In this document: piece by piece, positions 12,957 to 26,530 of the stretch | Layout: every line of letters begins with the position of its first letter | How positions within the stretch are numbered: position 1 is the first letter of the stretch | From: Octopus sinensis | Lineage: Eukaryota | DNA length: 64,000 nucleotides | Assembly (NCBI RefSeq): GCF_006345805.1 | Contig: NC_043004.1 | Coordinates: 96,348,001 to 96,412,000, forward strand | Direction of reading: 5' to 3' | Translations under genes and position numbers: made by a program | Notes under the pieces: model-generated | The model's database searches: none | The model's input: only the letters and a program-made list of their open reading frames with translations | Told to the model about the DNA's origin: nothing

Positions 12957-13367
12957 GGCGCAGGAGTGGCTGTGTGGTAAGTAGCTCGTTTACCAACCAC
13001 ATAGCTCCGGGTTCAGTCTCACTGCGTGGCACCTTGGGCAAGTGTCTTCTACTATAGCCTCGGGCCGACCAAAGCCTTGTGAGTGGATTTGGTAGACGGA
13101 AACTGAAAGAAGCCCGTCGTATATATGTATATATATATATGCGTGTGTGTGTTTGTGTGTCTGTGTTTGTCCCCCTAGCATTGCTTGACAACCGATGCTG
13201 GTGTGTTTACGTCCCCGTTACTTAGCGGTTCGACAAAAGAGACTGATAGAATAAGTACTGGGCTTACAAAAAAAGAATAAGTCCCGGGGTTGAGTTGCTC
13301 GATTAAAAGCAGTGCTCCAGCATGGCCGCAGTCAAATGACTGAAACAAGTAAAAGAGTAAAAGAGAG
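12957..13367 (+). mobile_element. SINE family A
   Basis: Full-length copy, GGCGCAGGAGTGGCTG...GTAAAAGAG. Confidence 0.9.
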
Positions 13368-13887
13368 TAACAGATATCGAGTTGGTATTTTCTGAAAAGT
13401 GTTTCCTCATCCATTTGAGCTGAACACTTCATTCAAAATGTTTTACTTGTGTGAGATATCAGGAATATTTAACAGATATTTATGGAATATTACATGTGAT
13501 AGACCAGTGCTATATCTAAGGACAGGTTTATTTCCTATTCATCTGACATCATAAAAACAGAAGAGAAATACTGCTCTTATTGCGGCTCTTGTAGCTTCTT
13601 GTTTTATGATTATGCAGCACAAGGAAGGAAGAAGGGTTGCACTTTTGACTTTCACAAACCTTTTCTGATAGATCAGATTGATGTAATCTAATTTCAAAAC
13701 ATTCATCTCTGTTATTTGATGCCAGTAACGATCACAAAAGTTGGTGAGTTTGCATTATTTAGCTACTGATCTGCAAAAAAATATTGGATGAAGTGTTCAT
13801 TATGAAGTTATGTGGGTGAAACACAATAAAGATAATGAAGTTAAAGAAGAAGGTGGTCTTCAGCAGGTTTTGCTGTAATGTTACATA

Positions 13888-14570
13888 GGTGCAGAAGTGG
13901 CTGCATGGTAAGTAGCTTGATTACAAACCACATGATTCCGGGTTCAGTCCCATTGCATGGCACCTTGCGCAAGTGTCTTCTACTATAGCCTCGAGCCGAA
14001 CAAAGTCTTGTGAGTGGATTGGTAGATGGAAACTGAAAGAAGCCCGTCGTATATATGTATATATATCCGACAGGCTTCTTTCAGTTTCCATCTACCAGCG
14101 GTGAGCTGGCAGAAATGTTAGCAAGCCGGGCTAAATGCGTAGCCATATTTTGTCTCGTTACATTGTGAGTTCAAATTCCGCCGAGGTCGACTTTGCCTTT
14201 CATCCTTTCGGGGTCGATAAATAAAGTACCAGTTGCGCACTGGGGTCAATGTAATCGACTTAATCCCTTTGTCTGTCCTTGTTTGTCCCCTCTATGTTTA
14301 GCCCCTTGTGGGCAATAAAGAAATATATATGTGTATGTGTGTATATGTTTGTGTGTCTGTGTTTGTCCCCACCAACATCACTTGACAACCGACACTGGTG
14401 TGTTTACATCCCTGTAACTTAGCAGTTCGGCAAAAGAGACCGATAGAATAAGTACTAGGCTTACAAAGAATAAGTCCTGGGGTTGATTTGCTCGACTAAA
14501 GGCGGTGTTCCAGCATGGCCACAGTCAAATGCCTGAAACAAGTAAAAGAGTAAAGAGTAAAGAGTAAAGA
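13888..14570 (+). mobile_element. SINE family A interrupted by a family B copy
   Basis: 5' half at 13888-14065, 3' half at about 14326-14570. Confidence 0.85.
14098..14325 (+). mobile_element. SINE family B nested in family A
   Basis: GCGGTGAGCTGGCAGAAATGTTAGC...GAGTTCAAATTCCGCCGAGGTCGAC...GGCAATAAAGAAAT. Confidence 0.85.
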
Positions 14571-14762
14571 ATTTACTATCATTGTGACAGTGATAGAAAG
14601 AAAAGTGGACACAGGACATTAGTTGATTAGTATGCTGGTGAATGAAGATGAGATAACCAGTGAGATACTAATAAATTGATTCAAGTATAAAAAAAGGACA
14701 GATTTTTTTGCTGGAGGATTTACGTGCCAATTACAGTTGTTATAGTTGTTAGTGTGATGGAG

Positions 14763-15130
14763 GAGGCGCAATGACCCAGCGGACTCGCGGTCATAGGATC
14801 GCGGTTTCGATTCCCAGACCGGGCGTTGTGAGTGTTTATTGAGCGAAAACACCTAAAGCTCCATGAGGCTCCGGCAGGGATGGTGGTGATCCCTGCTGTA
14901 CTCTTTCACCACAACTTTCTCTTACTCTTACTTCCTGTTTCTGTTGTACCTGTATTTCAAAGGGCCGGCCTTGTCACTCTCTGTGTCACGCTGAATATCC
15001 CCAAGAAGTACGTTAAGGGTACACGTGTCTGTGGAGTGCTCAGCCACTTACACGTTAATTTCACGAGCAAGCTGTTCCGTTGATTCGGATCAACCGGAAC
15101 CCTCATTGTCGTAACCGACAGAGTGCTTCC
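14763..15130 (+). mobile_element. tRNA-derived SINE family C
   Basis: GGAGGCGCAATG...GTTTCGATTCCCAGACCGGGCG...GAGTGCTTCC. The A-box is partly deleted; TSD AGTGTGATGGA. Confidence 0.9.
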
Positions 15131-15460
15131 CAGTGTGATGGAATTTCTGATGTCAAGGCAACAATTCTCTCAGTCAAAAGTTCTCCAGAGTGAGAGTCCA
15201 CTAATGTTTAACTTATAAAAGCAGATCCTTAGTAAACCTGTTTCAAGGAAGAAAGGGACCCAAGATACTGAACTGTTTTATTTAAAGTCATTTCACTGCC
15301 CCTGAGATGATGGAAGTGATTTGAATATGCAGATAGTTGGCAGGGTTGCATATGTTATCCTTTGTGAGGATGGGTTTTAGTTTTATAATTCGGAGTAGAA
15401 ATCTGTTGAAAGAAATATCAAAGTGTAGTGGCAGTGATGGCAGTAGTGTTTCTGCTGCTG

Positions 15461-15491
<31 letters not shown>

Positions 15492-15639
15492 AATAATTAC
15501 ATGGTAAAAAAAATCCCCAAAGAACAGGAACTTGCAAATGAGACACGATTCTCTGAGCAGTAACTCCAAATAAGAACTGACTGACTTGAACTGTGACAAC
15601 CTGTCCAATGCAAGCCAGCAGGGGAAGGAAGCAAATGCA

Positions 15640-15644
15640 AAACA

Positions 15645-15676
<32 letters not shown>

Positions 15677-15696
15677 AATGATGATGATGGTGGTGG

Positions 15697-15734
<38 letters not shown>

Positions 15735-15800
15735 GTGATGACAACATCAGTGACAATAATGTTGGTGATGCTGATGAGGACTATGATGATGATAAGATGC
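15640..15800. repeat. (GAT)n tract
   Basis: Direct inspection. Confidence 0.9.
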
Positions 15801-16333
15801 CTCAGTTCTGGATGAAAGTTGAATAGGAGTCTGTGGTTAGAGTGGTGGGGGCTGTAGAGTAGTGGAGATAGACAGAAGAAATCATTTATGCTAATGTCCA
15901 AGAGAGAAAACTGAATGGTTAAAAGAGTGGCTTTTATGCAAGCACGGATACCACATATAGATGAAAGAAGCTGAAATATGATGCAGCCCAGAAAGAAATT
16001 TCGGGGTTTCAGGGATAAAGGGGAGATTTGTTTCCCAGAGAGACAATTAAAAACAGATTAGTGAAGGAAAATTTGGATTGGAATCTACAGATAGAGAGGT
16101 ATAGAGAAGTAAATTTTCTCTAAATCCTTTATCACGGATGTTGAGATAATTGTAAGTTAAGATAGATGTTATGTGGAGGAAGGTTAAGATTGAGCTAAGT
16201 CTCATGGATTGAAACTATAGCTACTGTATTTAACCTGAAAATAGTTCAGCTATACTTTAGCCAACTTTAAGTCAACACCCTTTTGTGGATGTCTTGAAAT
16301 CCTGAGCTCTCTATTCTTTTTTTTTCTTTTTTT

Positions 16334-16977
16334 TACTCTTTTACTTGTTTCAGTCATTTGACTGCGGCCATGCTGGAGCACCGCCTTTAGTCGAGCAAAT
16401 CGACTCCAGGACTTATTCTTTTGTAAGCCCAGTACTTATTCTATCGGTCACTTTTGCCGAACTCCTAAGTTACAGGGACATAAATACACCAGCATCGGTT
16501 GTCAAGCGATGTTGAGGGGGGGGGACAAACACAGACACACATATATATATACATATATATATATACAACGGGCTTTTACTCGTTTCAGTCATCTGACTGC
16601 GGCCATGCTGGAGCACTGCCTTTAGTCGAGCAACTCGACCCCGGGACTTATTCTTTTGTAAGCCCAGTACTTATTCTATCGGTCTCTTTTGCCGAACCGC
16701 TAAGTGACGGGGACGTAAACACACCAGCATCAGTTGTCAAGCAATGCTAGGGGGACAAACACACACACACGAACACATACACATACACATATATACATAT
16801 ACATACATATATACGACAGGCTTCTTTCAGTTTCCGTCTACCAAATCCACTCACAAGGCATTGGTTGGCCCGGGGCTATAGCAGAAGACACTTGCCCAAG
16901 ATGCCACGCAGTGGGACTGAACCCGGAACCATGTCGCTGGTTAGCAAGCTACTTACCACACAGCCACTCCTGCACCT
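16334..16977 (-). mobile_element. Two tandem SINE family A copies (3' half plus full length)
   Basis: Partial copy at 16334-16570 and full copy at 16573-16977. Confidence 0.85.
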
Positions 16978-17214
16978 ATTGAGTAACATCCATTGTAGTA
17001 TTGAGGAGAGGAAGACAATGGATAAAGGTAAATCTGATATCTAAACTTCTGAACTACTGCCTTTGTTTCTTTGTTGCTAGTACTAATTGGAGGTGTGTCT
17101 TTACTAAGAAAGAATCTCCCCAACACAATTATCTGATTTTATATAACACTACACATAGGAAGATGCATACAAGAATTTGTTTCTTTCTTTGACCCATATA
17201 TTTGTTCTGAGCTA

Positions 17215-17335
17215 TAGAAACATTGCCAGATCAGACTGGGCCTGGTGCAGCCTTCTGGCTTCCCAGACCCCAGTTGCACTGTCCAACCCATGCCAGCATG
17301 GAAAGCGGATGCTAACGACGATGATGATGATGATG
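17215..17335 (+). mobile_element. Family D, 5'-truncated
   Basis: TAGAAACATTGCCAGATCAGACTGG...AACGACGATGATGAT. Confidence 0.8.
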
Positions 17336-17540
17336 AGTTCCTATAATTAAACAAGCTCTCCTTGGAACATATAAGGATTTTGAACTGCACGACTTGTTAA
17401 ACTTTATAACTGAAAAACAAGATCTGAATTGAATTTTACCCCCAAAAAACCAAAAAATAGAGATGACAGTTACATTGTTGTACCTACTATATAAGTTGTT
17501 TTAGAGGATTCCCATAATGCTCTGCTCTGGATAGAAAGCC

Positions 17541-18153
17541 TACAAGGGAGTGCAGAAAAGTTCTTGTTTTTGAGTAAAAGAATATCCAGGAGGATCAGTT
17601 AATTACGATTTTATTCAACACTAGCAGTATCGCCCGGCATTGTTTGGGTTTATAAGGGAAATAACTATAAAGCATTTTTAGAGAGTTACAGCCAAAAAAT
17701 AGCAAAAAATGCATTAAAAATGAAAAAATAATTATGGTAAATTTTTTTTAAATCGTTGACTCATCGTAGACATTTTTAGAGAGTTACTTCCCTTATATTT
17801 AAAATATATGCATTAAAATGGAAAAAATGATGGTAAATTATTTATAAAATCGTAGACTCATCGTAGATGCGCACTAATACCCAGAAGGGCTCGATATGAA
17901 TCACGACTATAAGATACCCGGTTTTGGTTAAACTGCACCGCAAAATGTGGGAGTAGTTAGGAATCTAAATCGGAGTAGACAGACACACAACCTTTCTTTT
18001 ATATATAAAGATATTCCCCTCTCAGATACACATTTATTACTGCTGTGGTCTTTCAGTTTTTCTAAGCCCTGTAAAAGAACTCAGAAAGTTGGCCCTCCAA
18101 CAGGGTCTTTCATGATACCCTTAAAGCCAGGAACTTTTTGGCACCCCCGAGTA
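17541..18153. mobile_element. Mariner-type MITE carrying a Helitron insertion
   Basis: TIRs TACAAGGGAGTGCAGAAAAGTTC / GAACTTTTTGGCACCCCCGAGTA with TA termini. Confidence 0.75.
17621..18011 (-). mobile_element. Non-autonomous Helitron (copy 2)
   Basis: Reverse complement of 197-599; TC...CTAG termini, inserted at A|T. Confidence 0.85.
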
Positions 18154-18233
18154 CATATTTTTCTTCTAAAATAAAGACAAGTCCAATATAAAAAGATATA
18201 AACTTTGGCTGATTATAGAAATTTATAGTCATA

Positions 18234-18395
18234 GGCGCAGGAGTGGCTGTGTGGTAAGTAGTTTGCTTACGAACCACATAGTTCTGGGTTCAGTTCCACT
18301 GTGTGGCACCTTGAGCAAGTGTCTTCTACTATAGCTTCGGTCTGACCAAAGCCTTGTGAGTGGATTTGGTAGACGGAAACTGAAAGAAGCCCGTC

Positions 18396-18445
<50 letters not shown>

Positions 18446-18663
18446 CTATATGTTTATGTGTCTGTGTTTGTCCCCCCAACATCTCTTGACAACCGATGCT
18501 GGTGTGTTTACGTCCCGGTAACTTAGCGGTTCGGCAAAAGAGACCGATAGAATAAGTACTAGGCTTACAAAGTATAAGTCCTGGGGTCGATTTGCTCGAC
18601 TAAAGGTGGTGCTCCAGCATGGCTACAGTCAAATGACTGAAACAAATAAAAGAGTAAAAGAGT
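18234..18663 (+). mobile_element. SINE family A
   Basis: Full-length copy. Confidence 0.9.
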
Positions 18664-19593
18664 ACGTGTATAGATGTTAGAATATTTGTGTTAGAATATT
18701 TGCTGATATGATAAAAGAAAGGAACTCAAACAGCAGGGGAGTTTGGAAATAACAGATATTGAATGAATGGCAACCTAAACAAATTTTTTAATGTGAATGG
18801 ATGCAAATATAGATTGGAAAATATAAAAATGAATTTAGATGACTACATTTTACGATGGATCACTTAGTGCAAAATATAATAGAAAAACTGAATTTTAACA
18901 TTGCATTTTATAGAAATGTCTGAAATACTTATCCCATCAGTTTGGAATAAAAGTATAAGGAATTTGCTTAACCATTCTAAGAGTTAGTGAATGTCAAATT
19001 GTTTGTGTCTATAAATATAACAAGATCATCTTCAGCCATATTGTCACTTTTACTAATTCCTCATGAAAATGATAAATAAAGATGAGATAAGTGGAAGATA
19101 AAAAGAAACTGGATTAAAACGAAAACTAGTTAAACCTCAACAAAATCTAATAATAAAGCCACACGTACATAAGATTATACAAAGCAAGAGAAAATGCCAA
19201 GAGTGAGAAGTTACAACCTAAGTTCTGTAATAAAGATCAACTTCTGCTCCAGGTATCTTTGACTCTCTCTTAGCAACAACTGATACTTTTCATGTTTTCT
19301 AAAATTTAAAAAAATTTCACTTGTAGTTTTGGTGAATCGTTTCTAATTTGATATTTCTTCGGGAGTTTCATCGTTTTTCTCTTTTTCTACTTAACTCTTT
19401 TGTTATTGTATTCCTGGTGGAATACACTGCCTTTGTTACAATTAATATTGCGAAAATAACGAAGAATTTAGTTACATAACTTTGTCATTACTAAGTTAGT
19501 GCTTGAAACATAAACGAATATGAAATGTTGATGGGAAGTTTTAATTTAGATCACGTGGAAACAGGTTTGCATAATAGAATAAGATGAGATCAT

Positions 19594-19976
19594 GGAGGTG
19601 CAATGGCCCAGTGGTTAGGGCAGCAGACTCGCGGTCGTAGGATCACGGTTTCGATTCCCAGACCGGGCGTTGTGAGTGTTTATTGAGCGAAAACACCTAA
19701 AAGCTCCACGAGGCTCCGGCAGGGATGGTGGGGATCCCTGCTGTACTCTTTCACCACAACTTTCTCTCACTCTTACTTCCTGTTTCTGTTGTACCTGTAT
19801 TTCAAAGGGCCGGCCTTGTCACTCACTGTGTCACGCTGAATATCCCCGAGAACTACGTTAAGGGTACACGTGTCTGTGGAGTGCTCAGCCACTTACACAT
19901 TAATTTCACGAGCAGGCTGTTCCGTTGATTCGGATCAACCGGAACCCTCGTCGTCGTAACCGATGGAGTGCTTCCA
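19594..19976 (+). mobile_element. SINE family C
   Basis: Intact A-box TGGCCCAGTGG and B-box GTTTCGATTCC; TSD AAGATGAGATCA. Confidence 0.9.
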
Positions 19977-20377
19977 TCCAAGATGAGATCACAAGCAGGT
20001 TGATATCAAAAGATTATTCAACTGTTATGAATAGCTTCTTATTTATTGCATAATATTCTTGATTTTACAGAATTAGTTCTTGCAGGTTGAGATGTTTATA
20101 GTAACGGGGATAGCAATGGTAGTGAAGTTTTATACAAGTGGTGATATTAGTGGTCATAACTGAGAGGATTATGATGGTATTGTAGTTATGTGGATGTGAG
20201 AATGGTGTTAATGAAAAACTTACATTTAGTCAGTAAGTGTGGTGTTAACAACGATGGTTATATTGGTAGGGATGGCATAAGTATTGGTGACCATAGGCAG
20301 ATTGATAGATGTAGCGATGGTAACAGCAGTGATAACAGTGTGTTGTTCAACAATGTTGTTGATAGGGGTGATATACT

Positions 20378-20598
20378 ACCCACAAGGGGCTAAACATAGA
20401 GGGGACAAACAAGGACAGACAAAGGGATTAAGTCAATTACATCAATCCCAGTATGAAACTGGTACTTTATTTATCGACTCCGAAAGGATGAAAGGCAAAG
20501 TCGACCTCGGCAGAATTTGAACTGAGAATATAACGATAGACGAAATACCGCTAAGGATTTCACCCAGCATGCTAATGTTTCTGCCAGCTCGCTGCCTT
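20378..20598 (-). mobile_element. SINE family B
   Basis: Reverse-complement copy. Confidence 0.85.
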
Positions 20599-20634
20599 AT
20601 AGTGATAGTAATATAATATTTGTGTGAGGTGTTG

Positions 20635-21045
20635 CGGAGTTTTAGCGACTATTGTGGGTAATTTTAGTGACTGTTGTGGATAATTTTAGTGACTATTGGG
20701 GGTAACTTTAATGGTTGTTGTGGTTAGTTTTAGTGACTGTTGCAGGGGTTTAGTAACTGTTGCAGGGATTTTTTGTGACTATTGTGGATAGTGTAATAAC
20801 TGTTATGGGTAATTTTTGTGGTTGTTTTGGGTAGTTTTAGTGACTGCTGTGGGTAGTTTTAGAGGTTGTTGTGGGTAATTTTAATAACTATTGTGGGTAA
20901 TTTTAGTGGTTGTGGGTAATTTTAGTGACTGTTGCAGGGATTTTTTGTGACTATTGTGGATAGTGTAATAACTGTTGTGGGTAATTTTAGTGGTTGTGGG
21001 TAATTTTAGTGACTATTGCAGGGATTTTTTTGTGGTTGTTGTGGA
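20635..21045. repeat. Degenerate minisatellite, about 20-22 bp unit
   Basis: Repeated variants of TTTTAGTGACTRTTGTGGGTAA. Confidence 0.8.
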
Positions 21046-21705
21046 TAGAATAAGAAGCAAGTAAAAGTAAGAAGGATTATGCCCCTGCCAGGAGGAATAT
21101 CAGTATGAGTACTATTTGTAAGGGTAGAATTGATATTGCTGATGTCTGCAAAGACCATTTAACAGTGATATTAATGGGGGTCAGTAACTTTGAACTAGTG
21201 TCAAAGTGTGGCAATGGTTGTGTAGTACCTTGGTGGGGTTTTTTCCATTTCCAGTATATGCTGGAGGCATTGAGTGTGGCGGTGATTAATGCATCATTCC
21301 GTTGACTACTTTTTGGCATTTATTTTATGTTATTTATTTCGAAGTGAAAAAGAGGAGAAGTGAAGAAAAAAGAAGAAATGGAGAAAGAATTAAGAAATAT
21401 TTGCTCCTGGAGTGGAAGAGGTTCAAGAAAGAAAATGGTAAAATGATGGATGGAATAGCAAAGAAATAATCAATAAAACTAGCCTTCAGATATACAAAAA
21501 CAAACATTCACTAAGACACATACAACAACATACACACAAACACACACATACATACACATATGCACACGTACACATACATGTACACAAACGTATACACATA
21601 CATGATATGGGTTCACATAAAGATTTGCAGCTTGCATATAAACTTTTATATATAAGCACAGACATGCATGCAAAACGATACAGATATGCAGATACATACA
21701 TGGTC

Positions 21706-21756
<51 letters not shown>

Positions 21757-22171
21757 CATAGAAAAGATGTGGAAACCTGAAACAGCAATGATGCGAAGTT
21801 TTAGCTGTGAATAAATGAGGGGAAAATTCTACTTCATGTATTGAGTGCCTTCTGTCTTGTTAATTCATCCAGATGTATTTATGTCTGTGTATCTTCAGAA
21901 TAGTGTAAATACACACACACACACACAAACTCAATCACAGACTGCATCTATGCAATTGACCAGTCCATAAAATCTATCCCCTTGCCCTTTCATATGCACA
22001 TTGGTAGACACATATGCACACAAAAATGTGCGCACATACTCATTCTTAGATAGATAGATAGATACATACATACATACATATGCAAGTAACATGTGCATGT
22101 ATAAATAGTTGTATGCATGAAATTATTCACATATATATATATGTATATATATAGGCAGAAACTTATTTCTT

Positions 22172-22372
22172 CATTGCCCACAAGGGGCTAAACATAGAGG
22201 GGACAAACAAGAACAAACAGGGGATTAAGTCAATTACATCAACCCCAGTGCATAACTGGTACTTATTTAATCGACCCCTAAAGGATGAAAGGCAAAGTTG
22301 ACTTTGGCGGAATTTGAACTCAGAACGTGGTGGCAAACGAAATACCGCTAAGCATTTCACCAAGCGTGTCGC
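22172..22372 (-). mobile_element. SINE family B
   Basis: Reverse-complement copy. Confidence 0.85.
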
Positions 22373-22559
22373 CATGCTACATGTAGCAATATACGTGTAA
22401 AACACAAATGCATCACATGCATACCCATCAATTTGCTAGAATAGATCAAGGACCACACCTCACAAAGATGAATGTATCTGCATTTATGTATCTGTCTTTC
22501 TATTGTATCAATCAATCTATATGTATGTATGTAATATATATATATATATATATATAATA

Positions 22560-22616
<57 letters not shown>

Positions 22617-22630
22617 CATATACACACACA

Positions 22631-22703
<73 letters not shown>

Positions 22704-22711
22704 AACATCTT

Positions 22712-23097
22712 TACCTTTTATCTTTTACTTGTTTCTGTCATTAAACTGTGGCCATGCTGGAGCACTGCCTTGAAGGGGTTTAGCCAATTGATTCGATCCT
22801 AGCACTTTTATTTAAGCCTGCTACTTATTCTCCCAATAACTTTAGTTGAATTGCTATGTTACAGGGACGTAAACACACCAACACTGTTTGTTAACATTGC
22901 TGGAGGCACAAACTCAAACACAAAGACACACATATGAAGGGTTTCTTTCAGTTTCCATCTACCAAATCTACCCAGAAAGCTTTGGGCTGGTCGAGGCTAT
23001 AGTACAAGACACTTGCCCAAGATGCCATGCAGTGGGACTGAACCCAGAACCATGCAGTTGAGAAGCAAGCTTCTTACCACACAGGCATGCCTGCACC
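22712..23097 (-). mobile_element. SINE family A, diverged
   Basis: Reverse-complement copy between (TA)n tracts. Confidence 0.8.
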
Positions 23098-23126
23098 TAT
23101 ATAATATATATGGATATATTTTTATG

Positions 23127-23166
<40 letters not shown>

Positions 23167-23179
23167 TATATATATATAT

Positions 23180-23226
<47 letters not shown>

Positions 23227-23262
23227 TGTATATATATATATAATATATATACAAATATCTAT

Positions 23263-23314
<52 letters not shown>

Positions 23315-23739
23315 ATATATATATATATAGATATATAATACACATAACACACATGCATATACACATATATAAAATGGAATTAGTATCCACATATGCACAT
23401 AAAAGCATGCACACACACATTTTTTAAATACATGTTTACATACATTTATATGTGCATGAATTAATAGATGTACATATGAAATTACTCATACACATAAAAG
23501 CAGAAACTGACGTCAGTAGGCTACATGTAGTTATATGCATGTGAAAAATACATGCAGTCCTTTTTCTCATGCAGTTAAACTTATGAACCCCATACATACA
23601 TTTGCATCTGAAATTTAAACATGAACATCAGAAGTCGCTTATGTGCAGAATTATTCCTACATATACGGAGTATGGTGAATAAACTGTCGTTTAAATTACA
23701 CAAGAATGAAAATAACGCTGACATCTCATTTTAACAGAT

Positions 23740-23985
23740 ATCATCATCATCATCGTTTAACGTCCATTTTCCATGCTAGCATGGGTTGGACGGTTCAACT
23801 GGAGTCTGGGAAGCCAGGAGGCTGCGCCAGGCCCAGTCTGATCTGGCAGTGTTTCTACAGCTGGATGTCCTTCCTAATGCCAACCACTCCGTAAATGTAG
23901 TGGGTGCTTTTTACGTGCCACCTGCACAGGTGCCAGACGGGGCTGGCAAACGACCATGATCGGATGGTGCTTTTTACGTGCCATC
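23740..23985 (-). mobile_element. Family D
   Basis: CATCATCATCGTTTAACGTCC...TTTTACGTGCCA. Confidence 0.85.
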
Positions 23986-23989
23986 GGCA

Positions 23990-24796
23990 ATTTACTAAAA
24001 TCACATAAAAATATCTTGAAATACTAAAGAAAAAATTTATTCAATAAAATCGCCATTTGCCTCCAGACGACTTCAGAATCGCCTGCAACTCTTCTGGACA
24101 GTCTCCTTGTTTAAGTTGGTGAAAGCTGCTGTAATCTTTGCCTTCAGTTCATTTTTTAGTGTTACAAGGAGTTTTGCTGCTCTCTCAAACAACTGCACCC
24201 CACACATAATAATCAAGGAGGTTGCAGTCTGGCGGGGTTAGGTGGCCAGATGATAAGGTGATAATGGCCACAGAAATTATCTGATAGCCATGACTGGGTT
24301 CTCCTGCATGTGTGTGACATGGTGCAGAGTCCTGTTGCCAGACATAGGATCTCCCAGCAGCCACCCTCTTGATCAAGGAGAGCACTCCCTCCTCCAGGCA
24401 CTTGGTGCAGGCCTCTGTGTTGAGTTTGAGGCCATGTGGGAAGATGAATGGAGGAATAATGTTGCCATCACTAGTGATCACTCCAAGCACCATGATTTTG
24501 ACAGTATGTTTAATTTTTATCATTCTCAGTACATGTCATCAGATTGCACTGTCCTCAGATTGACCCCCAAACACTCTGAAATATTCACATTGAAGATTCT
24601 AGCATGAATGCCCAGCAGTACAGCATGTTGTTACTAAATTTCTGGCAGAATCAATTGCATTATGGTGCTGTTTTTCTCACAGATAGTACCCAACTGACCC
24701 TACTATACTATGTAGTCAACAAAATCAAAAACAAACAATGCCCATGCATGAAATAAAAAATATAAAATGGTAACGATTTACCCATCTCATCCTGTA
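23990..24796 (-). mobile_element. Decayed maT/DD37D Tc1-mariner transposon
   Basis: MVLGVITSDG...YVWQQDSAPCH...WPP..PDCNLLDYYVW, frameshifted. Family-consensus spacing from the D of QQD to the D of PLD is about 37 residues. The 5' end reads TA-CAGGATGAGATGGG on the minus strand. Confidence 0.8.
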
Positions 24797-24811
24797 TATA
24801 CCTAAAAACAT

Positions 24812-25460
24812 ACAAGTAGGATTGAAAATTTTCTGGACTAGTTATATTTAATAAAAAATAAATTATTTACTTAAGTTTTAACATCATCTTCTTTGAAATA
24901 GTCATCTTGTGTTCCTACCGCTTTTGAAATCTAGCCTGGAAGTCGTTTTCTGTTAGAAAATTGAGAACCTTCTTCACTTTGTTACGGATCTCAACAACAG
25001 TGTTTAAATGGCAATCTTTGAGAAGCATTTTCATCTTGAGGAAGAGATCAAAGACTTCAGGTGATGAATCAGGCAAATAGGAAGGGTGCAGAAACAATAC
25101 TATGTTGTTTTTTCAGAGAAACTCATGGTTACGGAGAGCTTGGTGATGGTGCATTGTCATCATGAAGAACCCTGTTTTTTTGCATTCCACAGATCTGGTT
25201 GCTTTCACTGAATGTTCTTTCTCAAATGCTTTAAAACATTTCATTAGAACTCTTGTTTGATCATCTGACTCTAGGGGACAAATTCTTGATGCACAATGCC
25301 ACATTTCCAGGGTTGACACTTGTGGTAGACCTTCTGGATCCCATACTGGGTGCCAGGGATGCTTTTCTGCTTTTGAAGAACCCTTGTCACTCAGAACATT
25401 GTGTACGACCCATTGGCTCATCACTGTAATCTTGTCAAAGCATGCTCAATGTCTCTGTAG
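24812..25460 (-). mobile_element. Decayed mariner transposase 3' part
   Basis: HPSYLPDSSPEVFDLFLKMK (cf. HPPYSPDLAPxDFxLFxxxK) and FFMMTMHH (cf. LHHDNA). Confidence 0.75.
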
Positions 25461-25477
25461 CAGACTTTCTACATTTA

Positions 25478-25886
25478 GGCATAGGAGTGGCCCTGTGGTA
25501 AGTAGCTTGCTTAACAATCACATGGTTCCAGGTTCAGTCCCACTGCATGGCACCTTGGGCAAATGTCTCTTACGATAGCCGCAGGTCGACCAAAGCCTTG
25601 TGAGTGGATTTGGTAGACAGAAACTGAAAGAAACCTATTGTATATATGTATGTATATATAGATATATATGAGTATGTATGTGTGTGTATATGTTTGTGTG
25701 CCTGTGTTTATCCCCCCAACGTCACTTGACAACTGATGCTGGTGTGTTTACATCCTCGTAACTTAGTGGTTCGGCAAAAGAGATCGATAGAATAAGTACT
25801 AGGCTTGCAAAGAATAAGTCCTGCGGTAGATTTGCTCGACTAAATGCGGTGCTCCAGCATGGCCACAGTCAAATGACTGAAACAAG
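25478..25886 (+). mobile_element. SINE family A
   Basis: Full-length copy. Confidence 0.9.
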
Positions 25887-26189
25887 TAAAAGAGAGAGTT
25901 TAATTCAAAATTTTACTTTGGCTCTGTGTTCCTGTCTACAACAAAATCACAGACTACAGCATTCACGTGATGACAAAAAAACAAATTTCACAACTTGTGA
26001 AGTTAACACAGCAATGTCACTTGGCACACTGCCTCATGAAAGTCACCGCTAGCTCTCACTACACTCACAAGTGCATGCTGTCATCTGTTGGTGAGTTATG
26101 CACCTAGTCCAGGAATTTTTTTTATATATCATGAAAAACACAACATATTTGAATCCGATGCACGTGGTCATACACACTGATAACAAACA

Positions 26190-26381
26190 AAGCACATCCT
26201 TATATATATATAATATATAGTATATATATATATATACATATATATATATACATATATTATATATATAATATATTATATATATATATATATATATATAAAT
26301 GTATATAATATAATATATATATATATATATATATTATATTATATATTTATATGTATTCTACAAATATATATATATATATAG

Positions 26382-26418
<37 letters not shown>

Positions 26419-26495
26419 ATATATATATTATGTATATATATATATATATATCCATATATATCTATATATATGTATATATATATATCTATATATAT

Positions 26496-26527
<32 letters not shown>

Positions 26528-26528
26528 A
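26190..26528. repeat. (TA)n tract
   Basis: Direct inspection. Confidence 0.95.
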
Positions 26529-26530
26529 AT

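Noticed and set aside
21077-21319. 80-aa minus-strand ORF ending in a hydrophobic, GPI-signal-like tail
   Set aside because: It lies in G/T-skewed low-complexity sequence next to a minisatellite, has no convincing acceptor, and another frame gives a similar hydrophobic tail.
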